Below are positions 26,601 to 35,548 of a stretch of 64,000 bases of DNA, in pieces. The notes under the pieces are model-generated. The model saw only the letters and a list, made by a program, of their open reading frames with translations, made no database searches and had not been told where the DNA came from. Made by a program: the position numbers and the translations under genes. Source of the DNA: Schmidtea polychroa. Taxonomy: Eukaryota. The DNA is taken from contig CM097885.1 of NCBI GenBank assembly GCA_044892525.1, forward strand, positions 43,216,001 through 43,280,000, given 5' to 3'. The first letter of the stretch is position 1. Every line of letters begins with the position of its first letter.

Positions 26601-29600
26601 ATTTGGGTTTAACCAATGTAATTGAGCATGAAATACCGTTATTAGACGAAACTCCAATAAAAATAAAGCCATACAGAATCCCCTACGTTCATCAAGATGA
26701 AAGCGATAGACAGATTACAGCAATGAAGGAATTTGGAATAATTCGAGATAGCGCGTCACCATTCTCCTCATCAATAGTGATAGTTAAGAAAAAAGATGGA
26801 GACTTACGATTTTGCGTAGATTATCGGAAGCTAAATCAAGTTACAAGGAAAGACACTTATCCAATTCCGGTACCCCAAGAAATGTTTGATCAAATGGGAG
26901 AGGCACGATATTTCACAGTTATTGATTTAAACAAAGGGTACAATCAATTTAGAGTAAAAGAGGAAGATAGAGGAAAGACGGCGTTCTCGGATGGCAAAGG
27001 ACTGTATGAGTTCAATGTGTTACCATTTGGATTAACAGGAGCCCCAGCTACATTCCAACGAGGAATGAATTATGTGTTACGAGGAATTCGACATGCATTG
27101 GTATATATCGACGATATAATAATATTTTCAAATGATTTTGAAGAACATCTGAAAGATGTAGAAACTGTAGTTAAACGGCTCAAAAGTGCAAAATTAAAAA
27201 TCAAACCATCGAAATGTGAATGGGGCAAAGCAGAAGTGATTTATGTAGGACATATAATATCACGGCGAGGGTTACAAACTAATCCAGATAACATCAAAAA
27301 AGTGGAAGAGTACCCAGTACCAAAAGATGCCGATGATGTTAGACAATTTTTAGGTTTGGCTAGCTATTACCGAAAATTTATAAAAGATTTCTCTCATATC
27401 GCACAACCATTGAATACGTTACTAAAGAAAAACAATAAATTTATTTGGGGACAAATGCAACAAAACGCTTTCAATACATTAAAAGAGAAATTAGTAACAA
27501 CTCCTATATTAAGATGTACAGATTTTACAAAACAATTTATCTTGATGACGGATGCAAGCAACGTTGCATTGGGTGCGGTATTGGGACAAAAATTTGAAGG
27601 TGAAAAGGACCATGTAATAGCATACGCAAGCAGATCATTGAGGCCTCACGAGAAAAACTACTCAACGATTGAAAAGGAAACGTTAGCGTTAGTGTATGGA
27701 ATTACTACTTTTAGACAATATTTATTGGGCAGAAAATTTACTGTTTATACAGATCATAATCCATTACAGTGGTTAATGAAACACAGAGATTCAGCCAGTA
27801 AGTTAATACGATGGTCAATTGCCCTCCAAGAATACGACTTTGAGATTAAATACCGGACAGGTAAAGCTAACGCGAATGCAGATGCAATGTCGAGAATCCC
27901 AGAAAATAATAGTGAAGGGACACCTGAAAAAGTGGAAGGCACTATATTCGCAGCAATCAAAGCTGTTAATGATATGTCTGAACTTCAAAATGATCAGGAA
28001 AACGATAGTGAATTAAAACAATTTATGGAACAAGCGGTCAAAATAAGAAAAGAACAAGACTGGAAACGACTTACAGATGCAAACAGCAAATATGTAATTC
28101 AAAATGGAATACTTAAATGTTGGAAAAATGGGGAAGCATTAATTATTATACCAGTCAAGCACAGAGATGCATTACTGATGCAGTATCATGATGGAGCGTT
28201 GGGAGGTCATTTGTCAACGCGCAAGACGCTATCAAGATTAAAATTGAAATACTTTTGGCCAACAATGGAACAAGACGTGAAAAATTGGTGTAACAGTTGC
28301 AAAGTATGCATCACTCGCAGAAATACTGGTAAAAAGATTAAAGTACCATTAAAACCGATGCCAGTACCTGCAGCACCAATGGAGATGACGGCAATGGATA
28401 TTCTGGGACCATTACCGGAAACAACAAAAGGAAACAAATACATTGTTGTTTTTTGTGACTACTTTACCAAATGGCCAGAAGCATACGCTATTCCAAACCA
28501 AAAAGCAGATACGATTGCTAGAATATTTGTGGAAAACATAATATTTCGCTATGGTACTCCAAAGAAATTGTTAACTGATCAAGGAAAGAACTTTCAAAGT
28601 GAGATGTTTAAATCAATCACAGACTTATTTGGAATTTGGAAATTGAATACGTCACCATATCATCCACAAACTGATGGATTGGTGGAACGATTTAATGGGA
28701 CACTGATAAATATGATCTCATCATATGTGAATCGAAAACAGAAAGATTGGGACGACTTCATAAAGCCGTGTCTATTTGCCTACAGAAATGCAGTAAATCA
28801 AAGTACAGGAGAGACCCCTTTTTACTTGATGTATTTAAGGAAAAATAATATGCCGATTGATCTCAAATTCCAACCACCAATTTCACAATATATGGAGATA
28901 CCCGATTATAAAGCATTGATGCAAGAAAGAATGCAGTCAGTATGGACTAAAGCCGGTTTGACAATAAAGCACAACCAAGAGAAATATAAAGAATCATACG
29001 ATAAAAAAGCACATGCGCATGGCATAAAGATTGGAGATCTAGTATATCTGAACAGACCGGAACCTCTCAAAGGTTTATCGCCTAAATTGCAAAGACCATT
29101 TAAAGGACCCTACAAAGTGTGCGACACCACCGAAACCAATTTGAAGTTATTACCATTCAGGAGTAAAAAAGCTAACCCGATGATTGTGCATGCAAATCGA
29201 TGTAAACTAGTGCCAGAGGAAGATGAATCTAGATACCCCTTAAGATCCAAGCAGAATAAAGTAACGGGTCAAACAAAATTGAAACAGAAATTCACGAAAA
29301 ATCCAACACCAGTCAGCTACATCAATAAGATATTATATGTAGCAATAATGCTGATGTTAGTAACAGTTGCGAGCGGAAAAAAAATTGATTTACCATATGC
29401 GGTAAACAAAATCAGAGGAATGGAGAAAATACATATATATTCCACTCTAACAAATATAGTATGGATCTGTAAATGCGAGATCGCAGACCAAATAGAAATT
29501 ATTAATCTACTAGACAATACGGCACCAGTGGTAGAACTGAATTATGATAGAGATATAGTTGCGGTACGAAAGTTAAAGCCAAATTACAAATACCAATGGC

Positions 29601-30451
29601 TGTTGAGACAGAACATGTCAAAGTGGTACACGCAAATTCCGATAGAAGTGCACACAAAAGAGATGCGAAACTTGATCGAGATAGAACCAGAGATAAACGG
29701 AATCAATATATATTGGAAGCCAGTGGACTTGGTGAAATTGCGAATCACATTTCAAGGGTTAAATGTCGACACCCTTAACTCGCGAAAATCATTTATCCGC
29801 TACGAGAAATTGAAAATGAATCAAAATTATTCAGTTAATGCAAACTACTACGAGAACATATGCCTCGAAAATGGAACGGTAGTGAGAAACCAATGGTCAC
29901 GATTTAAGAGTGAGACCCAGTCTATCTATCTCAGAGACGAGTCAACTCGTATAACCCTGAGTGTTGGAAATGGACCGGTAACGATATATAGAAAATCAGG
30001 AAATGATGAAAGAGTTGTTATTATCTACAAACAAAAAACCCTGACTATATTAGATGCCGGTAATCATTTTTTTACACTTTACACTTCTGATTTAGAGACG
30101 GCATGGGAATTAACAGTTAAATATCAGCGATGGATAACCGATCCAGGCAGATGGCAAACAGTTTTCGTGGAAGTCAAGACAATCAATGAATCGAAACGAA
30201 AATCATATACAACCACATCACCTTTCCAATTACCGACCCAAGAGACGACAAAACCTAACTCAAACAAACTAATGATGATAAATTCGGATTTGACAGTCAA
30301 CTATTGTGAATATCTCATTTACATTCTAATAACAGGGTTTCTCATCTTATCAATAACATTCATAATCATCACCATCTTGATATGTGTAAAAGAGAGACAA
30401 CTAACTATCCTTCAACCACCATCATATTCATATTATGAGACAAGACTATAA
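23630..30451 (+). CDS. pol: Polyprotein segment 4: chuvirus-like glycoprotein, protease, RT, RNase H, integrase, second membrane protein
   Basis: 2273-aa ORF: Cys-rich ectodomain and TM (to ~25390), ALVDSGS (~25883), YIDD (27104), TDAS (~27548), HHCC zinc finger (~28186-28310), D-D-E core, GPY motif (~29105), C-terminal signal and TM. Confidence 0.95.
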   Translation: MGRVYSLVNVAECSDAYPVKFKVTNPVKYYVYQESGFRRAKVRECTVKRTTFVFYCGKWSHSSMVKMQSIPRPIEIIPENCLAAFQTGQLKINADLKLQAKLNHKIRETVTVRGIIKSDGDCQGEPYKVDDAIMDKAVVVEEYMSELREFDGSFDDDTGKLQTHPFCNMKQSSCQTGESILVYDVDTKKCNLVQLKSMSFKEITGEQIREKPEKIRMDPATSTTTKITPLRMKDTPTVLMSTSEEDGMRFLRKETKTKCGQSVYETNYKGIYVSQKMITEAQTNIHAGDIKLTNYFNNKIDYLFHFGQNTVENVYREVIINDCNLNKEILRNRMAMAITNPNLVAPMLIAENGVFARIFGEALYSYKCKAVPVKLTKYDQCTNELPVNLNGKLRFMEPVTRILLEEDAKPKVLQCNRLLAPLYRLTPESWIALPDHREVKTPENLELTELQYLVNFTSLEKLSQSGIYSNEDIEEARRNLLFPSKKERVIMEMVDTILPSGSGKVNYEYLLTPDHYKKATYNTMKKIWGKFMFIGQACAGLIGIYVICVVIKVIISQVLSTHRLYAITGWSWKLVIGCIPLLARFFITHHQYQELEILKARILKKKKVSYASTTPSRDENNDNDNEGDSAPLYVDNQELSGMNKEALRTYQILKEPLLNASSVDTFTKLCIPKSFMQPAPVYPVDRLREMKPVENIALQCEGMVGERIEPSSAEIERKNMLGLPCNYSMMTLTKRGKQPPIFIQMNKHKVEALVDSGSSHTIVSENVLNAKEKMRMKPTDEIVRSLSKNELNIIGQLNVIFHIGDRIIAHDALIMKGSPVRCLIGMDILEQLDGVSLELKTGNLIARETGEIIHRAGEVFVNQTLTIPPQSEMVYCANTMSVDNGDFIFEPNQTLVEKYDLPICDEVVKVENQIVPVHITNSSKKPVQLHPKTKLGKLSKMSIETNCKIPRNVKVYKEPEVVSNDLNEMQKKEFTKLLRKYRDIFAKHEYDLGLTNVIEHEIPLLDETPIKIKPYRIPYVHQDESDRQITAMKEFGIIRDSASPFSSSIVIVKKKDGDLRFCVDYRKLNQVTRKDTYPIPVPQEMFDQMGEARYFTVIDLNKGYNQFRVKEEDRGKTAFSDGKGLYEFNVLPFGLTGAPATFQRGMNYVLRGIRHALVYIDDIIIFSNDFEEHLKDVETVVKRLKSAKLKIKPSKCEWGKAEVIYVGHIISRRGLQTNPDNIKKVEEYPVPKDADDVRQFLGLASYYRKFIKDFSHIAQPLNTLLKKNNKFIWGQMQQNAFNTLKEKLVTTPILRCTDFTKQFILMTDASNVALGAVLGQKFEGEKDHVIAYASRSLRPHEKNYSTIEKETLALVYGITTFRQYLLGRKFTVYTDHNPLQWLMKHRDSASKLIRWSIALQEYDFEIKYRTGKANANADAMSRIPENNSEGTPEKVEGTIFAAIKAVNDMSELQNDQENDSELKQFMEQAVKIRKEQDWKRLTDANSKYVIQNGILKCWKNGEALIIIPVKHRDALLMQYHDGALGGHLSTRKTLSRLKLKYFWPTMEQDVKNWCNSCKVCITRRNTGKKIKVPLKPMPVPAAPMEMTAMDILGPLPETTKGNKYIVVFCDYFTKWPEAYAIPNQKADTIARIFVENIIFRYGTPKKLLTDQGKNFQSEMFKSITDLFGIWKLNTSPYHPQTDGLVERFNGTLINMISSYVNRKQKDWDDFIKPCLFAYRNAVNQSTGETPFYLMYLRKNNMPIDLKFQPPISQYMEIPDYKALMQERMQSVWTKAGLTIKHNQEKYKESYDKKAHAHGIKIGDLVYLNRPEPLKGLSPKLQRPFKGPYKVCDTTETNLKLLPFRSKKANPMIVHANRCKLVPEEDESRYPLRSKQNKVTGQTKLKQKFTKNPTPVSYINKILYVAIMLMLVTVASGKKIDLPYAVNKIRGMEKIHIYSTLTNIVWICKCEIADQIEIINLLDNTAPVVELNYDRDIVAVRKLKPNYKYQWLLRQNMSKWYTQIPIEVHTKEMRNLIEIEPEINGINIYWKPVDLVKLRITFQGLNVDTLNSRKSFIRYEKLKMNQNYSVNANYYENICLENGTVVRNQWSRFKSETQSIYLRDESTRITLSVGNGPVTIYRKSGNDERVVIIYKQKTLTILDAGNHFFTLYTSDLETAWELTVKYQRWITDPGRWQTVFVEVKTINESKRKSYTTTSPFQLPTQETTKPNSNKLMMINSDLTVNYCEYLIYILITGFLILSITFIIITILICVKERQLTILQPPSYSYYETRL

Positions 30452-30629
30452 ATTGTGATCTGCATGAATAGTGTATAAAAAAAAATATTACATTTATATT
30501 AACAATGTGCATGTTTTATAAGTACCATAGGATGAACTGTGTAATTTGTTTGAGATTCGAAGCGAGGTGTTGATGCTTTGCGAATAAAGAGTGATACAAA
30601 AAAAAATAACTATCATTTAATTTCAGAGA

Positions 30630-30875
30630 ATGCAAGAAGCCTCGGAGATGACATGCAAAGAGTGTAAAACAAGTACGCAAGAACTAAAACAAAAGTTTCG
30701 TAGCATGCAGGGCAGAATAACAGATTTGGAGGAAGAAAACTTCCGTCTGAAAAGGTGGTTGGACCGTTTGGAAATCTTATTGTTTCAACACGAAGCCGAT
30801 TTCGCGATGTTTCGAATGAGAGTAGAAGAAATGGAGGAATCGGAAGATGATGGTGAGATAAATCAATTAGACTAA
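30630..30875 (+). CDS. Small putative accessory ORF, 81 aa, CxxC followed by coiled-coil-like heptads
   Basis: ATG start, coding-like composition within AT-rich flanks, preceded by splice-acceptor-like TTTAATTTCAG (30616-30626). Confidence 0.5.
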   Translation: MQEASEMTCKECKTSTQELKQKFRSMQGRITDLEEENFRLKRWLDRLEILLFQHEADFAMFRMRVEEMEESEDDGEINQLD

Positions 30876-32577
30876 AAAAATAAATTATTTAAACGGACCC
30901 TGTTGGTGTTTTTTCGTCCTCGAGAAAAAAAATAATAGTTAAATAATTATAAGTAAATTAACAAATAATCAAATGAATAAACAAATTGATATAAATAAAT
31001 AAGTAAAAAAGTGATAAATTAAATGAATGAATAATAGATAAAAATGAACAAAGTTAAACGAGCAAATAGAATAACTCAAATAAATGTTGCAAATAATGAA
31101 ATGACTACCTTAAATGAGCATTAGAAATAAATAATATGGCTGATTAGTAATTAATGAATTAGCATAACTATATAGCAATGGGTAACCCACTGGGCGAGAG
31201 AACAAAATTATAAATATGTAAGGAATAATTTCACATTAGTAGTAACAAAGACTAATCGCGAAGAGGGACACAATTACCCCACCCTTTCTAGCATAAATTA
31301 AAAACAAAGGTATGCTGAACATTTATTCAAAGTTTATTCGTCATCAGAGTCCAACAGAACGGGACTTTGGATGCCACAGTCCCATTCCCTGCGTACATTG
31401 CAAGGCGGGCGTCGTTCAAACCTACTGCCTGTATCCACACAGGCAAAGGTACGTTTCAATCCCTTTCGACGCGGTAACAAAGGGACCCTGAAAAAGAAAT
31501 TAAAAAACCTGTTAGTATAGCAGTCAAATAACCATTGCATAACATCGAGATGCTCAAACTTAGGTTCTGGGACAGCCTAAAATAGTAAGGGTTGAAAAGA
31601 AAAAACGAAATAAATACTATGTAAAACTCCGTACCATGGCGCCCTCGACAAATAATTATTTCAGGGAAGTTATTGATTTTAAGAATTACGTAATAAATTA
31701 ATAAGTATAAATACGGCTAAAATTGTCAGAAAAATACGAGTAGCTGTAATTAGAGGTTTGCTTTTAGTATAAATACAAAATCAAAAATCAAAAATATATG
31801 ACCCAAAACATGAGTGTAGGTAGTTGCATAAACAAATTAACGAATTAAAATTAAAAAGTAAATAAGTTAATTTAATAAGCATCACGAGCACTTGCAATCA
31901 CCGGGGTTTAGCTACCCTGGACAGCGATTGCAAGTGTTCGGTTACTATGAGGGTAGTTGAGGACAGCATGGTAAAAAGAATCACAAATACAAAAAATAAC
32001 AAAAGATAAGTAATCACTTACGTCCATAGTAATTGAGGGATGGCGTTACTAAAATTCAAAAAAAAAATATGAAAAAGAAAAATAAAATATAAAATGCTTA
32101 CTTCAAGATTGGCAAGACAAAACTAACGAAAAGTGGTAAAGCAGAAACTTATATAGAACGCTTATCAGTACAGACTACGTTGACAAACCACAGGGTAATT
32201 AATTATAGAGCCTATCGGTATAGGCTACGTCAAAAACCGCAGGATAAGAAAAAATTCATTCGGAATATTAATGTTCATCGCAGATACCTTATCAGGCTGA
32301 GTAAACAGTCGGTCGGTGCGGGGAAGATTAACTTTTTACCATGCTGTGACCGAAATAAACCAACAAGTTATTAATAACAAAAAAAAAATTATTTTTTTAA
32401 AAAATGTTAATATTCCGAGAGAGGTTTTAACTACAATAACCTTACCAGACCGTCTTTAGTCTACTCGACCATTTGAAAGATCCTGAAAATGTCTAATATC
32501 AGATAATATCTTTAACTGTGTTTCGGATCAGAATTAAATAACTGTATCCTGAAAAAAAAGGATCAGATAATATCCTA

Positions 32578-33628
32578 AAAATCAATGCCAACAGTAGATA
32601 CGAAAGCTGACGTAAAACTATCATCAGCACAACGAAATAAAAATGAAGTTTTCCCAACTGAATTATTTTTAGCATAAAATTTTTTTTAATATACGAATGG
32701 TTGATATCATGGTATAAATATTTTAAAGTTTGGCCAGTACAGCTGTCCATTATACATTGTTGAACGCCTGGAATAAAATTCGTGCGTGGTCCGCAAACGG
32801 TTAAATTAATTTCTTTCTTTTCTTCACAATGACTTGGTAAAACAGCTAAAAATTTACATCGATATAAATATTATATAACCAAATTCGGGTGCCATTACAA
32901 AATTACCTAAAACAATCGGTCGCCGATAGTTGATTAACAAAATATATGAGGCATGATTAATCATAACAAATGAATACATATTAATAATAAATTAGATTTC
33001 AATGAATAGGATTTACCGATTTAATGTATAAAACGCCACCGATAAAATTCCATCAATCAGAGAATAATTTATTATAAGTGATAAAATAAATATTGAGCTA
33101 ATCGATAGCGTTTGCAGCAAAATGACAGAATTTACATAAAATTCTATCGGTGAAATGCGTTCCGGGAAAAATCAAAATAAATTAATCTTAAGTTAAATAT
33201 TATTTAATAGTATATATTACATAAAAGTTTTTTATAATCTTGTAAATGAAACCAAAAAAAATATTTCTTGCCAAATATTCATTCGATTGATAACATTGAT
33301 CACATTTGGATATTCAGTCATATTATTTTTACACAAAATATATAAACCTAAATTCAAGTTACAAAATTAAAATTGAAATCATGTTTCACTACCATTCAAA
33401 ATACTATCTTGATCAATGAACTCTTGGTAATATAAATAATATAAGCCTTGTTCGGTTCGGAACGAAATCAATTTTTCAACATCACTGATATTTGACCACC
33501 AGAAATTGGATTCTCTCGTCGAATAAACATACAAACAATACCCTAAACTAATTACCAAAAACGGAACACGATTTTCCAATAATTAAAATTTTAAACATAT
33601 AATCAGAGTTTTGATCTGAACATCCCAT
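32578..33628 (-). pseudogene. rab3: Rab3-like small GTPase N-terminal fragment in two pieces inside the LTR element
   Basis: 33628-33569 reads MGCSDQNSDYMFKILIIGKS; 32661-32578 reads [28 protein letters not shown] then TAG. Both are near-identical to the Rab3 N-terminus. Confidence 0.85.
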
Positions 33629-34487
33629 TGTGCTAATAAAAATTTTCTTCAAGAATTAGTTTAAAGTTATTTTACTTGGTTTCTTGATTTTGGAATCGTA
33701 TTAATCTGATCAGAATTAAATAACTGTACTGTCAATCTGAGGGAAATTTCAAATACATATGGGAAATGGCTCAACGAATCACACGAGGAGGATTTACTCG
33801 TGCTCACAATTTTTCATTGGAGGAAAAATTTCCCCATCCTTCAGTTACAAGTGCATGGCTTCTACACACACACAAATAAGGAGAGAAAAATTTTCTTAAT
33901 TCTCAAATAAAAATAAATCATACCGCGTGTTATCGGGATCTGGTTTGTGTGCTGTCACCGCCTGGATATTTTTACTGATAATCTGTAGCAAAATCAATGA
34001 AAAATATTAATAATCTAAATTAGGATGATATAAGGGTTTGTTGTCTCATGTCATCAGACTGAAAATTTTTCATGGGAATTATAGATAAGGATATCTATAT
34101 TACTTATGGTTTTAAATAATAATAATAATAAAAGAATAATAAGAATAATAATGATAATAATAATGGTGATATAATAGTAATAATAATACTAATAAGAATA
34201 ACAATAATAATAATAATGCCTTTCAAACGTTGAAAAAGATTATATATATTTAAACGAAAATTCGTTTAATATAGATAAATTTTAGAAATCTATATTTTAT
34301 CCCCAAGCTGGAAGATTGCAACAATAATAATAATAAGTCCATTCCATTCGTCGAGTTTCTCTCAGCAGACAAATAAATTGCTCTAAATATAAAATCAATA
34401 ATGTAATTTCAGCTGGCCTATAATTTCTTTTATAATAATCAGGACATAGGCAACAAAACGTAAATTTCGAGGACGAAAAAATTTTTT

Positions 34488-34497
34488 AAGGGGGGAG
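34488..34497 (+). promoter_or_regulatory. Polypurine tract
   Basis: AAGGGGGGAG three bases before the 3' LTR. Confidence 0.9.
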
Positions 34498-34500
34498 ATA

Positions 34501-35548
34501 TGTTGAGGTCTGTAAATTAAAATTAAAAATTTAAATAAAATTTAGAATAATAATTCAAATGGGAAGTAAGCGAGGAAAAAAGGCAAATAAAAGCGGGATC
34601 GTGCACAGAATCAATAGTAAAGGAAGGTGCGATGGAAAATGCAAAAAGCAATTACGAAAGGCGAGAATCCGGAAATCCGAGGAAAATCAATAAATGGAAA
34701 AATCATCGAAATCGAATGGGAAAAACGGGACAGGTATAGATTAGCTAATGGTCAACAAGATGATGGTTAGGGATTTATCAGAAAAGGGTTAGGAAGGGTC
34801 GAAAAACATTCAAACGTATGAAAACAGAAAACGTTAATTAATTAATTAATTGGCTAATGAAAAACCCGAGCTAATGGGAAACCCGAGCCAATGGAGAACC
34901 CGAGAGATAAAGGAAACCCGAGCTGGGTAAACAAGAAGAAAGGCAAACAAAAGGAAGATTTGGGCCCATTAGCTTGACACAATGAATAATGGGAAAAGAG
35001 TAAGGAGAAGATAGCGCGCGTAGGAAGACCGGTAGGGTCATTAATTATCTGGATTCGTTGGACCATTATGGATGACAGCCGAAGCAAACACGTAGGAGAA
35101 AATGTCAAACGAAAGATTGGCTCGACAAAAACCATTTGTCATCCTGATTTCGAGGAGTATATAAGCAAAGGGAAAATCAGAGAAAATCGGCATTTTGCCT
35201 CAGGTAGGGTAAGAAGAATCGAGAATAGTCGAGAGGTAAAAAACGAATTTAGGGAAGTAGGGAAAAGAAGAAATAGAATTAAGAATACGGAAAGGCAGAA
35301 AGGGATCAAACCAAAGAGAAACCGAGGAAAAAGAGAGTCGAGAGAACTAAAGGAACAAAAGGTGAATATTGTTTGTTGGCAAAGCATCAACGCCGAGCGG
35401 AGAATCGTATAAAACTTTGATTGGTAATTGTAGCGTGATAATAAATTGTGAACTTGTTGTTTCAATATACGTTGGGTCGTTCATTGTTTTAATTTAAAGA
35501 ACACCAGGAGTCAGAGAGAACCGACTTGAAATAATCCAAAACCCAACA
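34501..35548 (+). repeat. 3' LTR
   Basis: Direct repeat of 19110-20157. Confidence 0.97.

Larger units (their letters stand above)
19110..35548 (+). mobile_element. Full-length envelope-bearing Ty3/Gypsy-type LTR retrotransposon, 16.4 kb
   Basis: Two 1048-bp direct repeats TGTTG...CAACA, PBS, PPT and PR-RT-RH-IN domain order. 4-bp TSD TTAT (19106-19109, 35549-35552) is confirmed by empty-site copies at ~40960-40985 and ~50345-50370. Confidence 0.97.

Noticed and set aside
31335..31495. Minus-strand hammerhead (CTGATGA and GAAAC both present)
   Set aside because: Could not form stem II or a correctly placed cleavage triplet.
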